From positions 2,855 to 66,854 of the forward strand of contig JAFAHS010000411.1 of assembly GCA_019237115.1 (NCBI GenBank): a stretch of 64,000 nucleotides of DNA. The letters are read 5' to 3'. Positions 1 through 9,530 of the stretch are shown piece after piece. Positions within the stretch are counted from its first letter, which is position 1, and every line of letters starts with the position of its first letter. The notes under the pieces are model-generated. The model did not search any database. It saw only the letters and a list, made by a program, of their open reading frames with translations, and had not been told where the DNA came from. Source of the DNA: Deltaproteobacteria bacterium. GTDB taxonomy: Bacteria > Desulfobacterota > Binatia > Binatales > Binataceae. A program made the translations under genes and the position numbers.

Positions 1-98
1 GAAAGAAGAGGGCCACGGTGGACGCTGCGCGCGCGATCGGGTCGCCTGGCTTTTGGACATTCGCGTTGGTGGGCTGCGGCGGGCCCACGCAAATGTCG

Positions 99-449
99 TC
101 AACACGTGACGTGGAGGACGGCGTTGGTGCCTTTTGACTTTGCCGCTAGAGTTTGGATCGCTTCCTCGGTCGGTACGATCAGGAGAGCGACCCCACGCCG
201 TCGTGCTTCGCGTCTCACCTCTTCCATTACTGGAAGCGATCCATATCGTCCCGTTCCGATCACCAGGTGCCGGCACTTCCACGGTATCGCTTCCTCGACT
301 GATAACGGGGTATGTCCGAACTGCTCGCGAAATTTCCTGGAGGGCTTCTTCTTGCGTTTGCGGATCTTACCGCGGTCGATGACCACGTCATGATCATAGA
401 CAATCCCATCGATCGTGAGCGAGCCGAAGCTAAATGACCTAAAATCCAT
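99..449 (-). CDS. Mth938-like (DUF498) domain protein
   Basis: 116-aa ORF. 'HLVIGTGRYGSLPV...GVALLIVPTEEAIQTL' fits the Mth938/NDUFAF3-like family pattern from memory. Confidence 0.55.
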   Translation of the reverse strand: MDFRSFSFGSLTIDGIVYDHDVVIDRGKIRKRKKKPSRKFREQFGHTPLSVEEAIPWKCRHLVIGTGRYGSLPVMEEVRREARRRGVALLIVPTEEAIQTLAAKSKGTNAVLHVTC

Positions 450-603
450 GGCTTTTCATTGACCAAGGTTCAAACGCTTTGCTCCGAAGGCGAACCTCCT
501 GGGTTTTTTTGGCCGCCAGGCCTGGCCTCACGCGCGATGGGTTTTCGGCATGGACGGGCGCCCCTTGGGGACCGGCCGCAATCACGCGAGGTTCGAAGCA
601 TTC

Positions 604-1140
604 CTACTCCGGCCCCACCTCCTTTACCACCAAAATCGGACTGGTCCGACCAAAGATGTACCCCTGGATTGCCAACGGCTTCCACTGATCGGCGGCCTGT
701 TCGATTTGATCGCGAAGCTCCTGCGAGCCGACGACCTCGATGCGTTTGGTCAGAATCGATTGATACAGGTCGCGTGCATAATTCTGGTTCAGATCGAATT
801 GCAGCTCGACGGCATCCAGTTGCGTGTCGAGTCGCATCGGGATCTCGCGTCCGTCAAGACCAAGCCGCACGATTGGACCACTGGAGATGGGTTTCTTTTC
901 CGAGATGCCTACCAGGCCGGTAACGTTTAGATGATCTCGAATGCGTTGCGGCCTGTCGAACAGCGGAGCCATAGATACCGGGTTGGCGGCCGAGGGCCTG
1001 CCCCCGATTCTCGGGGCAATTCTGATAGGCCCGCCTATGCTCCCCCCAGCAATTGCGCCGGCTGGAAAAGCTTTCGTGGGCGCGAGACTCGCAAGCACAC
1101 AAAGTGCGAGTCTGACAAGTCCAACGCTTGGTTTGGGCAT
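604..1140 (-). CDS. hypothetical secreted protein
   Basis: 178-aa ORF with a signal-like N-terminus 'LVRLALCVLASLAPTKAF'. No family recognised. Overlapping plus-strand ORFs look like shadows. Confidence 0.4.
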   Translation of the reverse strand: MPKPSVGLVRLALCVLASLAPTKAFPAGAIAGGSIGGPIRIAPRIGGRPSAANPVSMAPLFDRPQRIRDHLNVTGLVGISEKKPISSGPIVRLGLDGREIPMRLDTQLDAVELQFDLNQNYARDLYQSILTKRIEVVGSQELRDQIEQAADQWKPLAIQGYIFGRTSPILVVKEVGPE

Positions 1141-1383
1141 CGCCCCGACCTTCTCGGATCACCGGAGCATTTCAGTCGGCGCCGCGTTTTCCTGCGAGGT
1201 CGACTATTCGAACGGCGAAGGACTCGCGACATCGCCACGTCCGGGAGAGGGTTTCGGTTCCTGCTGGTATTCGCAACTCTACCGTAGCAGCGATCGACCG
1301 GCTCATTATCATTCGCGCGACGACCTTGGGGAAGGGTCTTTTTTCCGCCCAGCCACCGGATCTACGATGGAATCGTCGACAGT

Positions 1384-2283
1384 ATGGCACTTCGCCCAAA
1401 AGCTGCCGGCCCGGTTGCACTGGCGGTAGTCCTGGTTTCGCTTTCGATTTTCGCAGGCACTTCCGTCCACGCCCAGTTACCACCAACGATCATTCCGAAC
1501 TGCGGGTTCGTGATCGATACGCCCGGCTTTTACGCGCCCACAAATTCGCTCAGCACTACATCACAGACGCAGGACTGCATTACCGTCAACGCGTCCGGAG
1601 TCATAGTCGACATTGCCGGAGTAAATCTGACCGGGCCGGGCGGCGGCGGCAGCGCTGCAGGGATCCATGTGATGCCCCACGCTTCGGCGGTCGTGATAGC
1701 TGCCAGCAGCGCGACCATTTCAGGCTTCGGCACGGGAATTCTGGTTGCTGGAAACTCGACGACGCTCAGTGGAGGAACTGTTCAAAACAACGCCAGTGCC
1801 GGGGTGATGTTCACCAGCGCGCAAGTCGGGTACCTGTCCGGGCTGAGCAGTCTCAATAACGGCGGGGCCGGAATTGAGCTGTCGCAGTCGAATTCGATTA
1901 CGGTTTTAGACTGTCAGGTAACCGGCAATGGCGGTCATGGTTTGTGGCTGCGTGGCAGCCGGGTGAGCGCCCTGTATCAGATCGTTGCCACTGGCAACGG
2001 CGCGAGCGGGATCTATCTTGGATGTTCTCCAGAGGGACCGATCGGGTCGCATTGCGGGCAGGGCATCGGCCCCAGTAGTCGCAACACGATTGTCGCCTCA
2101 GCGGCGCAGGGTAACAAAAGCGCAGGCATCGCCATTGACTTTAGCGACTCGCGCAATCTGGTGACTGGTTCAGTCGCCGCTCAGAACGGATCCAGGGATG
2201 CGGTCGATGAAAATGCCAAGTGTGATAACAACTCGTGGACCGAAAACCAGTTCGCCACAACTTCTCAGAGCTGCATTCGCTAG
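1384..2283 (+). CDS. secreted right-handed parallel beta-helix repeat protein
   Basis: Signal peptide 'VALAVVLVSLSIFAGTSVHAQ'. Periodic G-x-G/N-rich beta-helix repeats ('GNGGHGLWLRGS', 'GNGASGIYLG', 'GNKSAGIAID'). Confidence 0.6.
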   Translation: MALRPKAAGPVALAVVLVSLSIFAGTSVHAQLPPTIIPNCGFVIDTPGFYAPTNSLSTTSQTQDCITVNASGVIVDIAGVNLTGPGGGGSAAGIHVMPHASAVVIAASSATISGFGTGILVAGNSTTLSGGTVQNNASAGVMFTSAQVGYLSGLSSLNNGGAGIELSQSNSITVLDCQVTGNGGHGLWLRGSRVSALYQIVATGNGASGIYLGCSPEGPIGSHCGQGIGPSSRNTIVASAAQGNKSAGIAIDFSDSRNLVTGSVAAQNGSRDAVDENAKCDNNSWTENQFATTSQSCIR

Positions 2284-2542
2284 TTAAATGACGTTGCCTG
2301 CCGCGTTTGTCAGGGTTTTTCTTCCGGCTGCCCGCACGCACACAGCGAGAATGACTTTGAGGAACCAACCGCAGGACCCGGGGTCCTCTGGCAGGGTCTA
2401 GAGCTTCACAATCGCCGCAACCATCGAATACGAGAGGATTGTCGCACTCAGGTGATCGATCGGAAAATAACTCGGTCCGAGGTTCGGAGGCCTCGGCTTC
2501 GTTAGGAAACCTGTCTCGGAGTTTGCGGGCGGTAGGAAAATC

Positions 2543-3832
2543 ATGGCCATCTCTGTTGCAGATTTACGCAGCACACCGGAAGGTTATTTCACTGTCCGCT
2601 GGGGACAGCCCGAGTACACCGACTGGATAGACGAGAGCATGTCGTGGAAGGAGACCTGCTACATCGGCGACTGGTCATTCTTGTGGGAACGCCGTTTTCG
2701 CGGCCCCGACGTGCTCAAGCTCTTTTCCGATGTGTCGGTGAACAGCTTCGCAAACTTTGCAGTCGGGCAGTCCAAGCACGTGATCCACTGCAACGACGTC
2801 GGCAAGATCATCCATGAAGGGATTCTAAGCCGCCTTGGCGACGAGGAATTCATGCTGTTCGGCCGGGGTGGCTTCTGGGTCGACTACCAGCTTCGTCAGG
2901 GCTGCCACCGCGCAACCTCGGAACCCGACGACTGGTTCAATTTCCAGGTGTCCGGACCGAATGCGCTTTACGTGGTGGAGAAGGCCGCCGGACAAAGTAT
3001 CCGCGATATCGCCTTCATGTACTCCGGAAAAATCCGTATCGCGGGCCACGAGGTTGTCGCGCTGCGGCAGGGAATGGCCGGCGAAGTCGGCTACGAGCTA
3101 CAGGGACCGACCGAGTACGCGCGTCCCGTGTATGAGGCTATTCTCGAGGCCGGGAAGGAATTCGGGATCCGGCGTCTGGGCGGTCGCGCGGCCTTCATCA
3201 ACCATCTTGAGGCATGCTTCCCCACGATCGTTACCGACTACCTGCCCGCGATCTTCGAGGACGACATGGCCGAATATCTGACGGAGTTCAAAGCCGCGAT
3301 GCCGGCTTACGCTACGACCTTCAACATCGCCGGCAGTTTCGAGGCGGATGACATCAGCGCGTGGTACCGTAGCCCGGTGGAATTGGGATGGAAGAACCGG
3401 GTCAAGCTTGACCACGATTTCATCGGTCGACAGGCGCTGGAGGAAGAGCTCGCTCGTCCCCGTCGAGTAATTCGGACGCTGGTGTGGAATCCCGATGACG
3501 GGATCGACGTGTACGCGTCTCTCTATCGCGCGGGGAAACCGTTTCACTACATGGAAATCCCCCGCGACCAACGAGGGTTCATGTACGCCGACAAGGTCAC
3601 GCGACGAGGACAACCAGTCGGAGTCTCGACCTCGCGCGGCTACAGCTACTACTTTCGCCAGATGCTGTCGCTTTGTGTTATCGACGTAGATTGTAGCGAG
3701 GTCGGAACCGAGGTTTCGGTAATCTGGGGGGAACCTGGCGAGCTCCAGAAGGAGATCCGGGCGCTGGTCGCGGCGGCTCCCTACAAGAAGGAACCGGCGA
3801 ACCGACGTTCGCAACCTGTAATTCTGAGTTGA
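2543..3832 (+). CDS. tetrahydrofolate-dependent aryl O-demethylase, GcvT/aminomethyltransferase fold (LigM/DesA-like)
   Basis: 429 aa. Blocks 'ILEAGKEFG', 'VKLDHDFIGRQALEE', 'VYASLY' and 'GYSYYFRQMLSLCVID...GTEVSVIWGE' line up with remembered Sphingobium LigM. It sits immediately upstream of pcaHG. Confidence 0.7.
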   Translation: MAISVADLRSTPEGYFTVRWGQPEYTDWIDESMSWKETCYIGDWSFLWERRFRGPDVLKLFSDVSVNSFANFAVGQSKHVIHCNDVGKIIHEGILSRLGDEEFMLFGRGGFWVDYQLRQGCHRATSEPDDWFNFQVSGPNALYVVEKAAGQSIRDIAFMYSGKIRIAGHEVVALRQGMAGEVGYELQGPTEYARPVYEAILEAGKEFGIRRLGGRAAFINHLEACFPTIVTDYLPAIFEDDMAEYLTEFKAAMPAYATTFNIAGSFEADDISAWYRSPVELGWKNRVKLDHDFIGRQALEEELARPRRVIRTLVWNPDDGIDVYASLYRAGKPFHYMEIPRDQRGFMYADKVTRRGQPVGVSTSRGYSYYFRQMLSLCVIDVDCSEVGTEVSVIWGEPGELQKEIRALVAAAPYKKEPANRRSQPVILS

Positions 3833-3871
3833 TTCTTATCCCGCAAGAAGGCGGGAGAAGGACTTGCACGG

Positions 3872-4597
3872 ATGGATAGGCAGCTGAGGACGATGGTTCC
3901 GGTTTCCGGCTACCGCCGACCGGTCCCAGGCACCCAACCCGACTACCTGCATCCGTCTTACGTCTCCAGCCGCAAACGGGCGCCGTCCAAATCGTTGATA
4001 GCGATGCCAGCCACCCTCACCGAGCTCACCGGCCCTCGCTTTGCACCCGAGCACCTAGCTGCGCACGAGAGCGATTTGACGCGCCAGCATGGCGGCGCGC
4101 CGCTCGGCGAGCGAATCATCGTGAGTGGCCGGGTGGTCGATGAAGAAGACCGCCCAGTCGACGGCACCCTCATCGAAATCTGGCAGGCAAATGCGGCCGG
4201 ACGTTACGCGCACGAGTCCGATCAGCATGATGCGCCGCTCGATCCAAACTTTAGCGGCGGCGGACGTCTGATAACCGATGGTGAGGGCGGGTACGCCTTC
4301 ACCACTATCAAGCCCGGCGCATACCCGTGGGGCAATCACGCCAATGCATGGCGGCCTGCTCACATCCATTTCTCGATCTTCGGTCCCGCTTTCGCAACTC
4401 GACTGGTCACGCAGATGTATTTTCCAGGCGATCCCCTGCTCGCAGCAGACCCCATATGGAATTCAATCGCGGATGAGAACGCGAGGAATCGACTGGTGAG
4501 TGCGTTCGACTGGAAAACAACTTCGCCGGGATATGCGCTCGGATACCGCTTCAACATCGTGCTGCGCGGCCGCGAGCAGACACCGATGGAGGGGTGA
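3872..4597 (+). CDS. pcaH: protocatechuate 3,4-dioxygenase beta subunit
   Basis: 'IEIWQANAAGRYAHESDQHDAPLDPNFSGGGR...KPGAYPWGNHANAWRPAHIHFSIFG' is the classic PcaH signature. Confidence 0.9.
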   Translation: MDRQLRTMVPVSGYRRPVPGTQPDYLHPSYVSSRKRAPSKSLIAMPATLTELTGPRFAPEHLAAHESDLTRQHGGAPLGERIIVSGRVVDEEDRPVDGTLIEIWQANAAGRYAHESDQHDAPLDPNFSGGGRLITDGEGGYAFTTIKPGAYPWGNHANAWRPAHIHFSIFGPAFATRLVTQMYFPGDPLLAADPIWNSIADENARNRLVSAFDWKTTSPGYALGYRFNIVLRGREQTPMEG

Positions 4598-4598
4598 T

Positions 4599-5120
4599 AT
4601 GCGACTTGCCGCGACGCCCTCGCAAACGGTTGGCCCGTTCTTCTCGATTGGCATGCACACCGTCGACGTCGCAATCGAACCCGGCGGTGAACAGTTGACT
4701 ATCCAAGGCCGGGTGCTCGACGGAGACGGTAATGGGGTCAATGACGCTGTCATCGAGACCTGGCAGGCGGATTCTGCAGGCCACTATGCGGACCGCTCGT
4801 CGCGCGGTTGGGGGCGCGCTGTGACCGACAGCTCAGGTAGTTTTCGCTTCTCGACCACCAAGCCCGGTCGGCTGGCAGGTGTCGGCGACGTGGTCCATGC
4901 GCCGCACATTGCGGTCACTATTTTCGCCCGTGGCCTTTTGCGGCATCTCGTCACGAGAATCTACTTCCCCGACGAACCATCAAACGCGAGTGACCATATA
5001 CTTGGTTCAGTGCCAGACGAGCGCCGAGCGACTTTAATTGCGCGAGCGGCCGGTCTAAACAGTTTCGAATGGAACATCATCCTCCAGGGGCAGGGTGAGA
5101 CCGTGTTCTTCGAGTGCTGA
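4599..5120 (+). CDS. pcaG: protocatechuate 3,4-dioxygenase alpha subunit
   Basis: ATG at 4599, 1 nt after the pcaH TGA. 'TPSQTVGPFFSIG...IETWQADSAGHY...HAPHIAVTIFARGLL..RIYFPDE'. Confidence 0.85.
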   Translation: MRLAATPSQTVGPFFSIGMHTVDVAIEPGGEQLTIQGRVLDGDGNGVNDAVIETWQADSAGHYADRSSRGWGRAVTDSSGSFRFSTTKPGRLAGVGDVVHAPHIAVTIFARGLLRHLVTRIYFPDEPSNASDHILGSVPDERRATLIARAAGLNSFEWNIILQGQGETVFFEC

Positions 5121-5124
5121 GGCA

Positions 5125-6477
5125 ATGGATGCTCACCCAAGACTGCTCGACCCGCTGTTCCGTGGGCCGATCGGGGTTTTGTTCAACGACGGCCATCGCC
5201 TCCAGCGGATGCTCGATTTCGAGGCGGCGCTCTCGCGGGCCGAGGCCAAGACCGGCGTAATTCCGGCAGCGGCCGTGCCCTCCGTCGAGGCGAAGTGCCG
5301 GGCCGAATTGTTCGACTTTCAAGCACTTGCGAGTGCTGCTGTGAGCGCGGGCAACCTCGCGATACCGATGGTCAAACACCTCACCTCTCTGGTGGCAAGT
5401 GAAGATCCGGAGGCCGCGCGGTACGTCCACTGGGGAGCAACCAGCCAGGACGTAATCGACACGGGGTTGATACTGCAACTGCGCGAGGCGTTCGATTGGA
5501 TGGAGCCTCAGCTTCACGCCCTCGGTGAAGCGATTGCGAACCTGGCGGACCACCACCGCGAGACGTTGATGGTGGCGCGGACCCTGCTACAACAGGCGCT
5601 GCCGACGACGTTTGGGCTTAAAGCCGCAGGATGGCTGGACGCCGTGGCAAGGCATCTCACGCGCATGCGCGAGATTCGGGGCAGGGACTTGACGCTGCAG
5701 TTTGGGGGCGCTGCCGGGACGCTCGCGGCACTGCGCGAAAAGGGAATTGCGGTGGCCGGCGCCTTGGCCGACGAGCTGAAGCTGCCGCGGCCGAACGCTC
5801 CCTGGCACTCGCACCACGATCGCTTCGCGGAGATCGCCGCGGTCTTGGGTCTATTGGCCGGCACCCTGGGCAAGATCGCGCGTGACATAGCCTTACTGAT
5901 GCAGACCGAGGTCGGCGAAGTGCGGGAGCCCTCCAGCAACGAGCGCGGCGGGTCATCGGCGATGCCCCATAAGCACAATCCGGTGGGCTCGGTGGTCGCC
6001 TTGGCCGCCGCGACCCGCCTCCCGGGCCTGGTCTCCACGATGCTCACTGCAATGACCCTGGATCATGAGCGCGGTGTTGGCGGATGGCACGCCGAGTGGG
6101 AAACGCTCGCCGACATCGTGACGCTGACTGGCGGCTCTCTCTTTCACATGAGCGGCGTGGTTTCTGAGCTGCACATCGACGGCGACGCAATGGCTAAAAA
6201 TCTGCAGCGTTCGCATGGGCAGATCATGGCGGAAGCGGTTGCGACGGGATTGGCGGAACGCCTGGGCCGCGCTGACGCTCAGATGATCGTCGAACAGGCG
6301 TGTGCCAAGGCAGCCGCCGATGGCACCGAGTTGCGTGCCGCCCTCGTAAGCGACCTGCGGGTGAGGCAGGCTTTGCCGGCTGGAGATCTCGAGTGGCTCC
6401 TGAGTCCGCACAACTATCTCGGATCGTCCGAGAAATTAATCGATCGGATACTTGCATCGTGGCACGAGGCCAAATGA
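5125..6477 (+). CDS. pcaB: 3-carboxy-cis,cis-muconate cycloisomerase
   Basis: Fumarate-lyase superfamily motif 'GSSAMPHKHNPVGS'. Sits between pcaG and pcaC. Start chosen at the internal ATG 5125 ('MDAHPRLLDPLF'). Confidence 0.85.
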   Translation: MDAHPRLLDPLFRGPIGVLFNDGHRLQRMLDFEAALSRAEAKTGVIPAAAVPSVEAKCRAELFDFQALASAAVSAGNLAIPMVKHLTSLVASEDPEAARYVHWGATSQDVIDTGLILQLREAFDWMEPQLHALGEAIANLADHHRETLMVARTLLQQALPTTFGLKAAGWLDAVARHLTRMREIRGRDLTLQFGGAAGTLAALREKGIAVAGALADELKLPRPNAPWHSHHDRFAEIAAVLGLLAGTLGKIARDIALLMQTEVGEVREPSSNERGGSSAMPHKHNPVGSVVALAAATRLPGLVSTMLTAMTLDHERGVGGWHAEWETLADIVTLTGGSLFHMSGVVSELHIDGDAMAKNLQRSHGQIMAEAVATGLAERLGRADAQMIVEQACAKAAADGTELRAALVSDLRVRQALPAGDLEWLLSPHNYLGSSEKLIDRILASWHEAK

Positions 6478-6914
6478 CTATTCGACGGACCAGGAGACCC
6501 GACAAGGGAGCCGGCGATCCGACCTTCGAGAAGGGACTTGCCATCCGGCGTAGGGTGCTCGGCGAAGAACACGTTCGCCGCGCCCTAGCGAGTTCGACCG
6601 AGTTCGATAGAGATTTCCAGGACTTCATCACGCGTCAGGCGTGGGGCTCGATCTGGACACGCCCGGGCCTCGACCATCGCACACGCAGTCTGATAACCAT
6701 CGCGATACTCGCCTCTCTGGGCCATGAGCACGAATTGGCCCTGCACGTTCGGGCTACCCGCAATACCGGCGCGACCGTGGAGGACATTCGTGAAGTTCTC
6801 ATGCAGGTGGCCGTGTATGCGGGGGTTCCCTGCGCCAACACGGCCTTCAGAATTGCCAAGGCGGAACTGGGTGGCCAAGGCTCCCGACCGGAGGGCCCGC
6901 GAGCCAGGCGCTAG
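6474..6914 (+). CDS. pcaC: 4-carboxymuconolactone decarboxylase
   Basis: ATGA overlap with the pcaB stop. Carboxymuconolactone decarboxylase/AhpD-like block 'WTRPGLDHRTRSLITIAILASLGHEHELALHVRATRNTGAT.EDIREVLMQVAVYAGVP'. Confidence 0.8.
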   Translation: MTIRRTRRPDKGAGDPTFEKGLAIRRRVLGEEHVRRALASSTEFDRDFQDFITRQAWGSIWTRPGLDHRTRSLITIAILASLGHEHELALHVRATRNTGATVEDIREVLMQVAVYAGVPCANTAFRIAKAELGGQGSRPEGPRARR

Positions 6915-7077
6915 TGACGCCCTCCGGGACTAAGAACCCGTTCACATCGGCGATTTCGCATCATGCGTGCGCGTGTGGCAGTGGGCCCCATTGGTTGCTA
7001 GACCTCACGACCGCGGCCTCGGAGGTCTGGATCCCGTAAGCTTGAAACACCGTGATCAAAGGAGATTCGGAAACGCG

Positions 7078-8010
7078 ATGAAGATCCTGGTAATGGGTGC
7101 GGGCGGTGTCGGCGCGTACTACGGCGCTAAGCTGAAGCTCGCCGGCGAGGATGTGCACTTCTGCGCGCGCGGTGAGCATCTTGCGGCCATCAAGGACCGC
7201 GGTCTCACGCTGCGCAGTGCCGACCGGGAAATCGCTGTCCCCGTACCCGCGAGCGACGAGCCCGCGGACTTCGCGCCCTATGAGCTCATATTGTTCTGCG
7301 TCAAATCCTACGACACCGTTTCGGCGGCGCAGCAACTGAAAGGAACCCTCGCTCCAGGCGGCATCATCATGACGCTGCAGAACGGAGTCGAGAACGAAGC
7401 TGCGCTATGCTCGATCTTTCCGCGCGATGCCGTGATGGGCGGCAATGCCCGGGTAGGCGCGGAAATTGCCGCTCCCGGAGTGCTGGTGCACAGCGGTTAC
7501 GGCTATATCGAGTTCGGCGAGCTCGATGGGGCCGAGACGCCGCGCGCGCTGAGCGTTGCGGAGGTTTTCCGCCACGCGGGAATCCTGGGGCAGCTCACGC
7601 ATGACCTGAAAACAATTCGATGGATCAAGTTGATGGGCAACAACGGCATCAACCCCGTGTGCGCCTTGAGCCGCAGCTCGCTGGGTGAAACGCTGAGCGA
7701 TCCAGGCGGCTATTGGCTCACGCAGCAGTTGATGCTCGAGACGGTCAAGGTCGGCCGAGCGGAGGGAGCAAAGATGTCGCCCGAGGACGCCGAAAGCGCC
7801 CTTGCACGGCTCACCAAGATTTCGGCGCTCGACAAAATTCGCCCCTCGACGTTGCAGGACGTGGAACGCGGCAAGCGGCTTGAGTACGATGCCATCACGG
7901 GCGCGATGATTCGCGCGGCGGAGCGCCACGGAATCCAGGTTCCGGTCACGCGCGCGATGCATGCGTTGCTGAAACTACTGGACCAGCGGGCGGGTGCATC
8001 TCGCGGCTGA
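7078..8010 (+). CDS. 2-dehydropantoate 2-reductase family (PanE/ApbA) oxidoreductase
   Basis: Rossmann start 'MKILVMGAGGVGAYYG' preceded by an AAAGGAG-like RBS. 'STLQDVERGKRLEYDAITG' is the typical C-terminal motif. Confidence 0.7.
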   Translation: MKILVMGAGGVGAYYGAKLKLAGEDVHFCARGEHLAAIKDRGLTLRSADREIAVPVPASDEPADFAPYELILFCVKSYDTVSAAQQLKGTLAPGGIIMTLQNGVENEAALCSIFPRDAVMGGNARVGAEIAAPGVLVHSGYGYIEFGELDGAETPRALSVAEVFRHAGILGQLTHDLKTIRWIKLMGNNGINPVCALSRSSLGETLSDPGGYWLTQQLMLETVKVGRAEGAKMSPEDAESALARLTKISALDKIRPSTLQDVERGKRLEYDAITGAMIRAAERHGIQVPVTRAMHALLKLLDQRAGASRG

Positions 8011-8257
8011 GGCATGGACTAGCCTCCCTCAGCCCCCGATGATCCGTTCCACCGCCCTTTGCGCGGGACGGGATCACGCATCAGAGCCAGCAAAAAGGAT
8101 TTCAACCCTGAGAACTACCTCGTTCCCTTTCGCAAGGAAGACACTTCTGTACCTTCGACCGGTTGATCCTGGTCCATCCTGGAAAACATCGGCATTCAGC
8201 AACGGAGCTTACCAGCGCATCCAGGAGGATTTTGCGGCGATTTGGACTCGGCTGAAA

Positions 8258-8689
8258 TCAGCGGCCGCCCGACCAAGCAGGAATCCCCTGGGCGTTACGA
8301 ATGACTAGAGTCTGATCGCCTCTTTTGACCTCACGCGCGACGATCACATCCTTGTCCTGAAGCTTGGAACCGGTCACCTCAATCTGATCACCTTTCGCGA
8401 ATTTGAAACCCTTGGATTCGAGAAACCAGGATGGCCCCAAAAACACGGCCAAGGTACCCGAGTCAGTCTTGAGGTTGACATACATTGGGCCGCTCGACTC
8501 TTCGCGTGCTTGCGCGCTTGCACCACCACCCGGAAGAAAGGCAGTTTTGACCTGTTCTATCGTACCCTTGACCGTGGTTTCCGTGCCTGAATTGTAGACG
8601 CCAGCACTTCCTTGCTCTTGGCACAGAGCGACCGAGCCCGTCACCACGATCACCACGAAGCACAGAGCGAAATTAAATGTCGCTTTCAT
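8258..8689 (-). CDS. small secreted OB-fold-like protein (BOF/MamS-MamX-like)
   Basis: Start taken at 'MKATFNFALCFVVIVVTGSVALC' (signal peptide). The 'GDQIEVTGSKL...DVIVAREVKRGDQTLVIRN' pattern is family-level only. Confidence 0.45.
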   Translation of the reverse strand: MKATFNFALCFVVIVVTGSVALCQEQGSAGVYNSGTETTVKGTIEQVKTAFLPGGGASAQAREESSGPMYVNLKTDSGTLAVFLGPSWFLESKGFKFAKGDQIEVTGSKLQDKDVIVAREVKRGDQTLVIRNAQGIPAWSGGR

Positions 8690-9530
8690 TGAGCTTAGAC
8701 CTTTCGGGTACCCTGACCCAAGCAATCGAGTGTTTCACTTCGTCACCTCCCCGAGCCCGTGCACCTGGCCGGCAGTGCATCAAGTTCAACCGCATTAAAA
8801 CTCCCTTCGGATGGCGAGTTGGCTGGTTGGGGGTCGAATCAGATTCGCACCGGCCCCGCTTTATCGCAAACGCAAAGTGCAAAAGTCTTTCTTGAGGTTC
8901 GCCGTGTCCAACCGGTTTTCGACGGAGACACATCACTTTTGCGGCTCTGTGAGCTTGCTGCCCGAGGTGTTGATTCGGCGTTTACCCACGGAGCAAGACG
9001 TTCCGGAAAAACACACATCGACACTTTCAGTTTGCATTAGGCAAGGCCGAGTGGAGCTCGCAGCCACTCGCGCGCTGGCGCACCAATTCTTGTCCGGGAT
9101 CTGGAGCAAGCGTGCGCAGTTCAGAATGCCGCCGCCAGAACCGCATGCCGAGGGACGAGCCGCGGCAGCTTATATCGCCGAGTTGCCACCGCATATCATA
9201 ATCGTGGCCTTCCAGACGGAGGGCGGCAGTGCTCTTTCGATTCCAACCCGTCACCGCGCTGCTTCGAGACGGGTACGCGGCCGGTCGGCATCTTCTGGTG
9301 AACCAGTCTGCGTATCGCGCGCGTGATCAATTCAGGCTCCGGGAGCAGACGCGAGCCCGCCGCTTTGGATGCGTCGACCCCGCAATTTGGCTATTTCGCG
9401 TACCCTTTCGTCGTAAACTCCAGCCGTACTTCAAGGATGGCGGCAGCAGAAACTTAGACTATGCTAAAAGAAAAATCCCCGATGAGTTGTACAAATATTC
9501 GGTTTCTGGCGTGGACCGGGAGGATAAGCG

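Noticed and set aside
1384-2283. The secreted beta-helix protein as a stray component of the eCIS (paralogue of the tailspike).
   Set aside because: It lies 10 kb outside the att-bounded island, has a Sec signal peptide (eCIS parts do not), is half the size and lacks the pectate-lyase-3-type N-terminus.
2284-2330. Rho-independent terminator after the beta-helix gene (cctg-N10-cagg followed by a T-run).
   Set aside because: The stem is only 4 bp, too weak to call.
8726-9530. An 800-bp gap containing ORF 8811..9326 (171 aa) and ORF 9027..9254 (minus strand).
   Set aside because: There are no recognisable motifs, no convincing RBS, and mutually overlapping frames. It is left uncalled and may hold regulatory RNA or a degraded gene.
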